Positions 38,478 through 53,117 of a DNA stretch of 64,000 nucleotides are shown here, one piece after another. The notes below the pieces were generated by a model. That model made no database searches. It was not told where the DNA came from and saw nothing but the letters and a program-made list of their open reading frames with translations. This DNA comes from the human T2T-CHM13v2.0 reference genome, Homo sapiens. The stretch is taken from NCBI RefSeq assembly GCF_009914755.1, contig NC_060931.1. One strand, given 5' to 3'. A program made the position numbers and the translations under genes. How positions within the stretch are numbered: position 1 is the stretch's first letter; each line of letters begins with the position of its first letter.

Positions 38478-38759
38478 TTTATTTTTTTTATTTTTTATTT
38501 TTTTTTTTGAGACAAGGTCTTGCTCTGTTGCCCGGGCTGGAGTGCAGTGGCGCAATCTCAGTGATTCTCCTGCTTCAGCCTCCCAAGTAGCTGGGACTAC
38601 AGGTGCCCACCACCATGCCCAGCTAATTTTTGTATTTTTAGTAGAGTTGTGATTTCACCATGTTGGCCAGGCTGGTCTTGAACTCCTGACATCAAGTGAT
38701 CTACCTGCCTCGGCCTCCCAAAGTGCTGGGATTATAGGCGTGAGCCACGGCGCCCAGTC
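38478..38759 (-). mobile_element. AluS with an internal deletion
   Basis: Reverse Alu; gcaatctca joins directly to gtgattctcc. Confidence 0.92.
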
Positions 38760-39021
38760 ACAAGATTGATTTTTAAAGATATATATTAGCCTCTGAAGCC
38801 ATTTCAAAGAACATGTCTGAATTCAGATCACAGATTAGAAGACATTCCATTCCACCCTTATTCCCAGACCTCCTCCTCTGGCAAGCTTCAATTGAGTTCT
38901 AACATTTCACAGTTACTCAGGGACTTGGTCACTGCTGGTGTCTTGTTCTCTTCTGGCTTAGCAGCAGCTAAGACATCCCACTCCTTTGCTTCCGTAAAGT
39001 TTGTCTAATATTTCATAATAA

Positions 39022-39355
<334 letters not shown>

Positions 39356-39776
39356 ATGAATGTTTTTTATAATAAATAGCTCTTAAAATGGTCTTCCCTT
39401 TTTAGCACAAGAAAGAATGCTCTTGGAGAAATCTTCTTGGTCTTTGAATTCACCAGCACCTAGCAAAGGCCCTCCTTCCTATGTGGATGCTTTAGATATT
39501 TGGGAGTGGATGGGGTTGCTTCTAGAGACACTTTCTAAAGCTCTCAGGGGCAGTGAAGAGAAAGTTGAGCTTGATGCGGGTAGACCTTACATCCAGGCCC
39601 AGATTTGCCACTTTTGGGGGAGGCTTTTAACCTCTCTGAAATTTAATTTATTATCTGTATAATAAAAATAAATCTTGGCAAATTTTTGTGATCATTAAGA
39701 ATATAGAATATAAAAGCCTTCTATAAATTATACTATATGGGATAGTTATTTGCAATTCTATTGCATTATTTTAAAA

Positions 39777-40068
39777 TTTATTTTCTTTATTTATTTATTT
39801 TGACACAGAGTCACTCTGTCAACCAGGCTGAGGTACAGTAGTGTGATCTAGGCTCACCGCAACCTCTGCCCCCAGTCTCATGGCTCAGCCTCCCAAGTAG
39901 CTGGGATTACAGGCACGCATCACCATGCCTAGCTAATTTTTTTTTTTTTGTATTTTTAGTAGAGATGGGGTTTCACCAGGCTGGCCTTGAACTCCTGACC
40001 TCAAGTGATCCATCCACCTCAGCCTCCCAAAGTGTTAGGATTACAGGCATGAGCCACCACAACTGGCC
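39777..40068 (-). mobile_element. Diverged Alu (S/J)
   Basis: Reverse dimeric Alu with small deletions. Confidence 0.88.
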
Positions 40069-42518
40069 CTTATCACAATTCTTAATGATTCCAATTGACT
40101 CTTAAATGAAAATAAATGAAAACAGAGCGTGGCAAGTAGGCCCCTTCATGCTCTTGACCTGCTGTGTCGTAGGCCTCAAGTCTAATTCCACAACGCCACA
40201 TGCAGATGTTATGAAACAGGCTTTACTAGAGAAAGTTATAAATCAGGGATCATCATCAGAAGAGCAAGTACAGGTCTCCAATCCCATCATCCCTCAGGGA
40301 GACGTGCGAAAGCCAGGCTATTCCGCTGAATGCACCAAGGGCATTCGTTACCAGGAAGCCCCTGCTTCTCTCACTTCTCACAAAGCAAAAATGACAGCAA
40401 CTTTGTCAGTAGGGGAAAATCAGATGCATGGGGCACCAGGCAGTCTGGGCATAGGTGCCTGCTGTTTACAAGTGTTGTCTGGGAGTCAGAGCCCCTCCAG
40501 GAACAGGGAGGAAGCCAGAGCCCCTTCTTGAAGCTGACTTTGGGTGTAGTCTCTCTAACTAGGAGAAGTGAGGAACACTGTCCAGGCAACCTGGAGTGCA
40601 CTGTCACGATCATTGCTGTTCAGTTTTTTTGTTTCTCCAAACACAGAGAAGGGCTGGGAGATTATGGGAAATAAAAATGTAGCACATACATCCAAATGAA
40701 ACTCACATATGTTAAACCACGTTTGTTGTAATGTCAGGGTAAAAATAAAGGTTCTATTAAATCTCATGCTTTTAGATGCTTTGTCCAGTTAAGAAAGCTA
40801 TTTTCAATAATCTGAATCACAAAGCATCATTGGATTAAGATGAACTAAGACCAAAATGAGGACAAAGTACCCGTGCCACTTCCTTTCTGTGTGATCTAAG
40901 TCAGGATATTTCACATCTTTGTTTTCTTATCAGCAAAATAGAAATAGATAGTATAGTACTTCCCAAGTCATGTAAGGATCTTGGTAAATTGCTGTCATAA
41001 ATGAAAGTTTAAAATTACAGTGTGATATATTATTTTTATTATTATTTGAATGTTGAATGGAACCTTAGCTAAAAATTATTTTAAAATGTCTTAAATTACA
41101 GATGCATAAATTGGGGCCCTGAAAAATGTAAATTACTTTCAAAAAATTACAGTAGAAATGAGGAGTAGAAAGAAGACCAAAGACACACATCTCCAAACAC
41201 CCAGGCCAGTGTTCTTCCACAATATCAGGATCAAGGAAGTTTTTTTAATATTGTTTTTATCTATCTTTTTAATGATTTCAGAATGTAATTTTTAACTAGC
41301 TTATATGTAAGCTTTAAATTTAAAGCTTAAACCACAGACCACATTATATGTTCTTTTTCTAAGAACTCTAAAACTTAGATTGAATACTTATTCTTATTTA
41401 CTGGTGTAAAATGCATAAAAATGGAGCCAGGATAAATGAGATTGTAGCTCAGAGCATGATTGGGTCTCACAACGAAGCTGCAATGGCCTGTGAGTACGAT
41501 CACCATTTCAATAATTGCCTGATTATCTATGCTGGGAGAAGTTTTGCGCAGTTATTTCTGAGATTGAATGTAATTTAACATTTATGATTTACTATTCACA
41601 GCAATAGTAAATATTCCCACCTACAGTGCCAGAATTCTAATTACACGAGTCTTGGTCTCAGCTAAGTGGCCACTGCTGGGTAATTCCTGGTCTCTTGCAG
41701 CCTGACTCAATGAGCTAAATCACCATATCTGAAATTAGCAATTCGAAAATGAAATTATCAGGGAAAGAATTGCCATTCATTGCGTGAGTACCCTTCTCTT
41801 ATTGTAGAATTTCTGGATAGTTATGTCCTGGCCAAGATGGGCACATACATGGTGGAAAATAAGTGAAGTGAAAAGCCGTTAGCACAGTCTTTGTGTTACA
41901 ATTAGTCAGCAGTTCCCACCTCAACATTAGAAAGGCCAAATACTAGCCGTTGTGCTCTCTTTCGCTGACCCTAAATGGAATTGGCTTGTCTAACAGCCTT
42001 TTTCTTCCTGGGCCAAAAATAATCCATGACCAACTTTTATAGCAGCTGAGGGGAGTTAACTAAAAAATATCTTCGATATTTCAAAGCCAGAAACATATTT
42101 ATTTGGTTGGGTCAGCTTACTATCCAACACCTAATTCTGAATATTTTTAAAAATAATCGTTATAATTTTTTGTCCTTGTTTATAAGAAATTTGATTGAAT
42201 CTTAGTGACTTTTTTCATGAAGTTTTAGACTGCCTCTTACTCAAAGTGAAATATTTATATATGCATTCTCATTCGTCATGTTGTTTAAATAATAGTAGTT
42301 ACATGTCAGCCACTGTTCATGTATGTTTCATATACTGTGTCATTTAAACATCTCATTGACTCTATGCCAAAGGTACTACATATTTTGTCTTTATTTTAGA
42401 AATGCTCCAGAGAGATTAATTTCTCCCACAAGGTCATATAGTTAAAAAGCAGTAGAGCAGAGATTCAAACTCGGGGCAAGCAACTTTAGACTTATCCTTA
42501 GGAATTACACACCAAGAC

Positions 42519-42875
42519 TGTATTAGCCTGTTCTCATGCTGCTAGTGAAGAGACACCCGAGACTGGGTAATTTATAAAGGAAAGAAGCTTATTGGACTCA
42601 CAGTTCCACATGGATGGGGAGGCCTCACAATCATGGCAGAAGGCAGAGGGAAAAGTAAAGCCACGTCTTACATGGCTGCAGGCAAGAGAACTTGTGCAGG
42701 AGAACTCCCATTTATAAAACCATCAGATCTCATGAGACTTAGTCCCTACCAGGAGAACAGTATGGGGGATACCACCCCCATGATTCAATTATCTCCACCT
42801 GGTCCCGCCCTTAACATGTGGGGATTATTACACCTCTGGGTGAGATTTGGGTGGGAACACAGCCAAACCATATCA
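42519..42875 (-). mobile_element. THE1 (B/C-like) solo LTR
   Basis: tgtattagcc...agccaaaccatatca; near-perfect 5-bp TSD AAGAC / AAGAT. Confidence 0.93.
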
Positions 42876-42929
42876 AAGATGTAAGTTCTGTATAAATTTT
42901 TCACCTGTGTACTATATACAGCACAATTT

Positions 42930-43925
42930 CATTTTTTTTCCAATTTTTATTATGGTAAATACACATAAAATGAACTATCTTAACCATTTTTACTTTTACA
43001 ATTCAATGGTATTAAATGCATTCATTTTGTTGTGCAATCATCACCATCATCCATCTCCAGAGCCGTTTTTATCTAGCAAAACTGAAACGCTATACCCATT
43101 GAACAGTAATTCCCCATTTCCCTCTCCTCCTAGCCCCTGGCCAGTTAACCTTAAATAATGAGTTCAGAAAATGTGATTAAATATAGAGTTTATTCCAGCT
43201 CAAAGCCTGAGGATAGCCACCAGGGAAACACCAACTCCAAGTGAATGGGGTCAGCTTTCCAAAGTGGGAAAGTTAAGGTTTCACTTACATAGGCAGAAAT
43301 AGAGAAGGTTAACAGGGTTGCAACATTTGCCATATAAGGCCAGCACAGATGTTACAGTCATTTGATTGGTTACAGTTTGCTATGTTCCAAGGAAGATTGC
43401 TTTAACATTCCATAAGGAGGGGTAATGGTCTCGAGGGGTCTTATTTCTGGAACCATTTGGTCTTTTCTAATCATTTACAGGACAGAAATGAGGAAGAGAT
43501 TTAATCTATAATCAGAGAAGCAGAAGTTGCAGCTGCACGTGGCATAACTCAGGCCACATAACCACATTTCTCTCAAGGCTCAAAATAATGTAAAGTTCCA
43601 ACCATTTTAAGTTTGAATTATTTGATTTCACACCACCATCGTTCTATTTTCTGTCTCTGTGATTTTGACTGCTCTAAGAACCTCATGTGAGTGAATCATA
43701 TAGTATTTGTCTTTTTGCAGTTGGCATATTTCACTTAGTATAATGTCCTTAAGTTTTGCCTATTTTGTAGCATGTATCAGGATTTTCCCCCTTTTTAAGA
43801 TGGAATAATATTCCATTGTGTGGGTAGAATACATTTTGCTTCTTCATTCATTTGCCAAGGGACACTTTTATTTCCACATTTTAGTGACTGTGAATAACGC
43901 TGCTACGAGCACGGTGGTACAATTT
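42930..43925 (-). mobile_element. L1MB 3' end interrupted by an LTR
   Basis: gtgcaatcatcaccatcatccatctccaga...aaactgaaacgctatacccatt; resumes accaccatcgttctattttctgtctctgtg...atcatatagtatttgtc. Confidence 0.85.
43143..43632 (-). mobile_element. ERV1-class solo LTR, subfamily not determined
   Basis: ~490-bp insert splitting contiguous L1MB sequence; ends ...tttcaca (TG start on minus); minus-strand AATAAA near its 3' end. Confidence 0.65.
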
Positions 43926-44039
43926 CTTTTTAACGTCTACTTTTACTCACCTCTGTAGTGCTCCTGATTTGGTTTCTAAAAATCTCTTATTTTAATTTTA
44001 TATTAAAAGTATTCATTATGACAAATACATTCAAATTAT

Positions 44040-44260
44040 TTTCTGAATGTGACCTGATTTCAAATCCTAGTCCTATTGCTTGCTAGTTCAGTGACCTTCA
44101 GCAAGTTATAAAAGCTGTCAATGACTGTTTCCTTAACCACAGCATTTAAATGGCACTCACAGCTACCTCACATGGTAGAAAGGGAGTTTAAATGAGAGGA
44201 TACTCATAAGGGAGAAGGCACATCCATATTTCACTAGTAAATGCTCAAGAAATATTGATT
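44040..44260. mobile_element. MIR
   Basis: ttcaaatcctagtcctattgcttgctagttcagtgaccttcagcaagtta...ctacctcacatgg. Confidence 0.7.
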
Positions 44261-45659
44261 CCAATTACACCCAAGCACACACAGATAAGGGTTAGCTCAT
44301 GGGTTCCCCAGGAGCAGCCTCTTCAGTATTCAAAAACAACTCATTGGGCCCCTCTGTTCTGACCTCCTTGCCTGCATGCCTTGCTGCCACCCTGCTGCTG
44401 ACACTGCCCTCCTGAGATCCTTACTCTGCCAGCTGCAGCTGTCTCAGCCTGTGACAGTCACTGATGCCCTGATGGAGAGATGGAGAGGGCCCCCTACTCA
44501 ACCTCAGTGCAGTGGAAACGAAGCTATGGCTTTCAGCAAGACTTGACAAGGATTGGAGCTAACAGAAATTTTACACTGAGAGAAACTTGCAACTGCTTCC
44601 TGAAATAGCCACTCTTCAAATCCAGGCAGGAGCCCAGCCCCTGAGACCCTGCCAAGCTCCCAGCGAAGCCTCCTATGGGTCTCAACCCTGCTTTCATTAA
44701 TGAGGCTCCTCAGGCATTTGGATCCAAGCCAAACCTCCTCCAAGCCCCAGAGGAAGAAGAAGTTCTTCTTCATCCCAAGCCCTACCTCAGTTCCTACAGG
44801 AGGAACATTTGCTTCTCAGGCTGATTGATAGTGCAATAATTAAATCCCTTAAGGAGGAAATTCCCAGCTTAAGCCACAAAGGTGTGCGTCAATCACCTGG
44901 CCTGAACGGGAGCATCGCTGTGGTCTGTTCTGGGACCTGGGTTTGTTGAGTGCATTTCTCCAAGCTAAGATTCCAGTCTTCAGGGACGCCTCCTGTAGGA
45001 CAACAGTCTAATGCAATGTGTGCAGTGACAATATCAGTCAAGTTTTATTTCATGATGTCTCCTCATAAAGAGAAGAGAAGGTAAAGTCAGCAAGCTCCTC
45101 CTTCTATGATTTCATGGGAGAAAAAGCCAAGACAAAAATGTAACACATGTCCAAAGGATAAAAAGGAGCTTCCAGGGATAAGCCAGTTTAAATCCAGATT
45201 TATTGGGGGAGGAAGGAGCATCTCTCATACTGCTGGCACAAGGTCCTGCTAAATTTACAGTATTCAACAGAAAAATCACTTCGCAAGGAATATTCCATTT
45301 TAATTCCTGCCCCCAAATTCAGGAGCAATATGGAAGTACTTGCCAGGCATGTCCACAGATGAAAAGCCACAAAAGTGATCTCTCAGGAAATAGAGATTTT
45401 ACCCTCAGTGACAACACTGGAAATCACTTTATAACCACTGCTTCCATTCCACCTGCTCCCACCTTAGACAAACAAACACAAATGGTTTTTACAGCTTCAG
45501 ATTTTTAGGGCCCAACAACAGGCAGTTCAATGAAGGAAAGATAAAGAAACATGGACAATGGATATTTAAAAAGAATTTCTGTTTCATAGGTTTTAAAAAA
45601 GGTTTCTAACATCAGTCTGGAAAACAGAAACCTTAATACGAGACAGAAGGTACTGCACG

Positions 45660-45830
45660 ATGGCAGCTAGGAGCCTGGCTATAGAGTCAGACCATCTACG
45701 TTTATGTTCCTCCTCCAACACTCAGCCAGTTAGTAAGACCTGCCTGTGCCTCAGTTTTCTCTTATCTACAGTGGAGATGAAAAGAGCGTGTCTCCAGAGA
45801 TGATGTGAGAATCAGGGGACCCAAGCAAGC
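45660..45830. mobile_element. MIR
   Basis: ggctatagagtcagacc...ctgtgcctcagttttctcttatctacagtggagatga. Confidence 0.7.
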
Positions 45831-46258
45831 TGAGCATCATTCTTTGTCCTGTCAGTGGCAATGGGACTGGAAACATAACCTTTAGTACAACTGGGTAGGA
45901 ATGTATGACTGAGGTTACTTTTTTGAGGGCTATTTGGGAATTGCCATCAAAACTTGAACACTACATTCTTTGACTGAATCCTTCACCATATGGCATGTAC
46001 CATCTTAAAAAAAATATATGTTCTAAGGTGGCATATACCATTTTTTGTAGCAGTCAAAAAAAAAAAATAACCTGTAGACAGCAGAAATGTCCATGAATAG
46101 AGTTTCAGAAAATGATGTTATAAGGCTGGCCAAGGAATGAAGTAGATACATAAACACTTGCACAGAAAGATGGCCAAGATGAAAGTGAAAAAAGCAAGTT
46201 GACAAATAGCAGGTATAATACGAGTCTGGTGTTTCTTTTTTTAAAAAAAAATTATTTA

Positions 46259-46571
<313 letters not shown>

Positions 46572-46851
46572 TTATTTTTGAGAAGGGTCTCACTGTGTTG
46601 CCCCAGCTGAAATACAGTGACATGATCTTGGCTCACTGCAACCTCGACCTCCCCAGGCTCAGGTGATCCTCCCACTTCAGCTGGGACTATAGGCACAAAC
46701 CACCACATCTAGCTAATTTTTTGTATTTTTTGTAGAGATGGGGGTCTTGCCATTTTGCCCAGGCTGGTCTCGAATTCCTGGGCTCAAGCAATCTGCCTGC
46801 CTTGGCCTCCCAAAATACTGGGATTACAGTTGTGAGCCACTGTGCCCAGCC
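46572..46851 (-). mobile_element. AluJ
   Basis: AluJ diagnostics (agggtctcact, gctcaggtgatcctcccac, ctgggctcaagcaatc). Confidence 0.92.
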
Positions 46852-49129
46852 TGGCATTTCTCTAATGTGTATAATCCATAACCTTTATACATGCATACAT
46901 AATTTCTAGAAAATCTACAAAAGAAACAATTACAACGCAATAGATTAAGGATGTAGGACTTTATGGAGGACCTGGCTTGTCCCATTGTACATCTTATAAG
47001 CTCTTTGAATTTTTTGCCATGAACACATTTAACCTGATCAATTTAAGTATTTAAAAATAGTTTAGAAATTAAAATAAAAAATAAGAATCCTAGCCAGCAT
47101 CCCAGTACATAATAAAACAATACTAAATTCTTATTTTAAGAAAAATCAGATCAAAGACTAATTTTCACATCATCAACAACAAAACCAAACAAAGCATCTT
47201 ACTGGCTCTCCTGGCCCCAATATTGGAAGGAATTTCTCAGCAAGCTGGAGGATTCCTCCGCTCAGCGGGCGCCGTGAAACTGAGAATATTCATACCATTA
47301 GCCCTGTAACCACATGCAAAACAAAATAGTTTTTTCATTGATCTGAGTTCTGTGGAACTCATGTTTGTGCTCTTAAATCTTTTGGAATCCTTCTGGGGAA
47401 CAATCACTTGACATCCCAATACTCAGTGGTCTTATTCGTGCATATTATAGGAATATGATATTATGAGGAGTACTGGTATCAGTTATGACACCAGTTGCTA
47501 AACTGACCAGAAAGATTGTTGATATTCAAATAAATGTGTGTGCATGTGCTTGTCTGTGTGTGTGTGTATAAAATAAAATGTTAAAATGGACAGCTATCAA
47601 TATATTTTCTTTCTAGATACATAAACGGAGATGCCCTCCTGATCTCATGAAGGCCATTTTCATTAAGTTAAGCTTTGTTCATTTTCATTCAGTTAAGCTT
47701 TGTTTAAAAAAAAAAAAAAAGATATTGCTTTACCAGTGATCTGGGTGGCGGGCGGGGGGGAAGAAGAAGAAAAAAAAGGAAACTCTTAATTTTAGTCCTA
47801 TTTAGCCCCAAAGCATGTGTTTCAGTATTAGAGCATGGCCAGAGCAGTTTTCAAAAGGGTTACACCATCCCGTGTACGTTACTCCTTATACTGACTCCAC
47901 TGTGGTTTACTTGGCAGATTTGAGCTATGCTGAAGTTGCCTCTTAACAGGAGATTCCTAGAGCGTCTAACAGCTCAACTCTTTTAGGAGCTTAACTACTT
48001 TTTAATATGTGGGTCAGGGTTAAGAGCCTCAGGCAAGGGCTTCTGCCCTCTTTCGTTAGGAATTTACCTTGGGGATGAACTAAAAAACTTCAGGAGGCTC
48101 ATCCAGGCAGGTTCCAGATAGCTCAAATTGCAAAGCTACCTGGAAAGCCACTGTGTTTCTGCAGCCCTGTGAGTGAAACACCTGTTATTGGCAATGGGGA
48201 AGGGGAAATGTCCTGTCTCTCCCAGTTCCCCAAAGAAGCATAAAAATGATGTATTATATACTGTCTCAGGGACATTTTGGTGCCAACCCACTTGGCACAG
48301 CATAGAATCCTCCTGTCACCTCATGGATTGTATCATGACAGAAGGGTAATTGGGCACCGGAGAAGATGTCAGCAGAGTGTCAATACGGTTTGGCCACTGC
48401 CCCCAAATAATACTGATGACAGCAAAGAGAGCGATTAATCAGGTGTGATCCTGTCAAATGTTCAGAGTGTGCTGTGGGTACTAGAAATAGATATAGCCTA
48501 CCAACAAAATGTTAAATGGACTTAAACAAAATAGATTATTTAGTCATTTTGAGAAAAGCAGAACTAAGATTCAAAAGAGCTTTTTTTCTGAAAAAAAAAA
48601 AAATACAGTGTATTTCCCATTAGTATTTCTCTCCACTTGCTTGAAAAAGAGGGAGAGCTGGTATGTTTTCTGAAAAAAAAAAAAATGCATTCTGCCCAAA
48701 AAATCAATCATGGAAAAAAAAAGATCAAATTAAAAGAGATGTCATGGGATCTAAAGAAAAGTGCAGACGCAGCAATTGTAAAACACGTTATAATTGTGGA
48801 CCTATCTGTTTATTTATTCTGTGTCCCACTGAAAGTTCACCCTCACACCCTCCCTACCAGGCCAGCCATCTCCTCCCATTACCCCCTCTTGATATTAATG
48901 ATGCTCGCTCACTTGTAGTTTCCCACGTGTAAAACCCCATTGCCTTATGTATTATCAGTTGTTCACCATTTTCCATACATGGATTCTGTCTCCCCTGGGC
49001 CTTTCACAGACACCTGACCATCTGTGACCATGGCCTTTCTCCTAGTTCTAAATCTAAGCAATGGTATTGCAACAATCTTCCAAAATAACTTCCAGCCTTA
49101 AAACTCTCTTATCCTACAACTCTGTCTAT

Positions 49130-49303
49130 AACTGTGGCCATCACTGGCTTCACATTAGAATCACCTGGAAAACTTAAACTATTACTTATCATTAGGCCCT
49201 GCCTCAGACTAATTAAATCAAAGTCTCTGGAGATTATTTTTGGCCATCTTTGATTTTGCAATTTCCTGAGGTTTCTAATGTGTAGCCAAGGTTAAAAACC
49301 ATT
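49130..49303. mobile_element. MER5A-like element
   Basis: cacattagaatcacctgg...ctcagactaattaaatcaaagtctctgg...ttctaatgtgtagccaaggttaaaaaccattg. Confidence 0.78.
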
Positions 49304-49304
49304 G

Positions 49305-49740
49305 ATATAGGGCTAGGTTAAGCTGCATATAACAGAAAAATAACTAAACAAGAGTGCTTAAACAAGATGAAAGTTAGTTCCCATGCATGTAAAGGAAGTC
49401 CAGGCTCCTTCCAGCTCTCTGTTCTGGTGTTATTCAGATTTGACATCCTCCTCAGGATCCAACATGGCTTCTAGAGCTCCAGCCATTATGCTTCCATTCC
49501 AGGCAGAAGGTAGAAAAGAGAGGAAAGAGAGCATGCCTTTTCCTTCCAAGAATGACTTTACATACCACTTCCATTTACGTATCATTGGCTGGAACTTTAG
49601 TTAACCACGACTAGCAGCAAAGATGGCTGGGTTCTGTAGCCTTTAACTGGGCATGAATATGCCTTCCTAAAAATGAGCATTCTGTTACCAAGGAAGAAGA
49701 GGAAAATGAGCATTAAGGGGCAACTAAGAGCCTCTGTCGG
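49305..49740 (-). mobile_element. MLT1J/K-like LTR
   Basis: ggctaggttaagctgcatataacag...atccaacatggcttctagagctccagccatt...tcattggctggaactt. Confidence 0.7.
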
Positions 49741-51278
49741 AAGTGTTAATTCTTCAAAGGGGCCCTGCTAGTCTCCTGTTCACACCTACAGTAGGTCCCT
49801 GTGATCTCCAGAATAAAGTCCAGACTCCTGCAGTTCTGGAGTCCCTCCTCACCTTGCATTCTCTGCTTTACCTCACTCACACTGGGGCCATTGTAAGGAT
49901 ATTTGTATTTTCTCATCGCTGGTCCTTTACCTACACCTAAAATAACTCTTCACATATCTGCGTTTTCAACATCATCTACTTCTGCAGAACCAGCGCCAGT
50001 GCTGCTTCCCAAGGAAACCTCCCTGCCTTTGCCCACACCCCTCATGTCTAGCAAAAGTCCATGCATAAAAGGCCTGCTTCCTGAGGGTCTCAAAGCAAAT
50101 TACACTTATTTTAAAGTTATTTTCTCTCTTATCTGCAATTAGATGCCTGGGTATCTGAGTTCTCTCTCAAATTACAAGCTTCAGGAGGTCAAGCACCATA
50201 CCTCATGTGTATTATAAGTCATTCATGCCTGTCACTTAGCAGCTAGTCAACATCTATTTGCAATGTAAGCCAAATGTGTAGCACTTTAGAGAATCCGGTT
50301 TTTTGTATGTATTTATAAACTTTCTTTTTGCATTGAGTCATAAACCCACATAGACATACACTCATCTCTGCTTTAGGCTTTGTAGATGGTTTTAGTTCAC
50401 ATAGCAAAAATTGGAAAGTTACTTTATATTCAATAGTGAGGTAAATCATCCAAGTCAGTTTTTAAAAAGATAATGGGTGTGTACTAATATGTATGTCCAT
50501 ACTCACATAGACACTGACACGTGTATACAAGTATATTACATGCACATCCTACATTACTAAATGTGATGTATAATGACTTTATTAATTTTTTTGGAAGCAT
50601 GCTAGTTGTCTTAGGCTAATTTAATGCCCGGTATTAAGGTGAAATCAATTACTACCTTTTTTCATCAGGACTAGAGGAGGAAAAAAACAAACAGAAAAAC
50701 TACCCTTATGCAGGAGGAATAATTCTAAAGACAGAAATACAGGATGTTTGGAAATGACCATCTGTGACGATATTTACCTGCTTGTCCCTGTCAGCCCTGG
50801 GAATGGTGTGTCTTTACCTTAGGTTACTATATTAGGCAGAATAATGGCCCCCAAGATGTTCACATTCTAATTCCCAGAACCTGTGAAGGTCCTACTTCAT
50901 GTGGCAGAAGGGACTTTGCAGATGTAGTTCAAGGTACAGACTTTGAGATGGAGAGATTATCCTGGACTATCAGTGGGTGCCCAGTCAAAGCACATGACTT
51001 CTTAAAAGTGAGAAAAGACCCTTTCCCGGCTGTGATCAGAAAGAAATGTGATGACAGTAGTAGGCTCAGAGAGATGCTATATTGCTGGCTTTGAAGGTGG
51101 AGGAAGAAATCCATGAACTAAGACATAAAGGCATCCTATAGAGGCTGAAAGAGACAAGGAAATTGACTCTCACAGAGGCTCCAGAAAGGAACACAGCCCT
51201 GACACACCTTGATCTTAATACAGCCAGACCCATGGTCTGAATTCTAATCTACAGAACCATAAGATAATATGTTTGTCA

Positions 51279-51900
<622 letters not shown>

Positions 51901-52056
51901 ACATTTCTGTTGTTTTAAGCTACTTCATTGGTGTTAATTTGCTAGGCAGCAATAAAAAATTAAGTTTCCTTCCTACGGTGGTGATGTCATCAAAAAGACC
52001 CCGTAAAGCTTTATTTTTTCCTCTCACATTGGTATAGAGTGAAAGTTCACTGGTAA

Positions 52057-52494
<438 letters not shown>

Positions 52495-52722
52495 TCACTG
52501 ATAACCAGCTCTACCAGTGAAGGACTGGTTGTCTGTGCCTACCTGTGATCAGGTCTCCTTCAAGTAGATGATTATATAGCAGTTGGCAGGAATTTTTTAA
52601 AACTCAGAAACATTCATTTATACATCCAATCATTCAGCTCATGCCTGAGTCCCTGCTATATATCAGGCACAGTCAGACTATCTGGCAGTCCTTGGAAACA
52701 CAGGGTGGGTGGGTAGTTTTAA

Positions 52723-53117
<395 letters not shown>

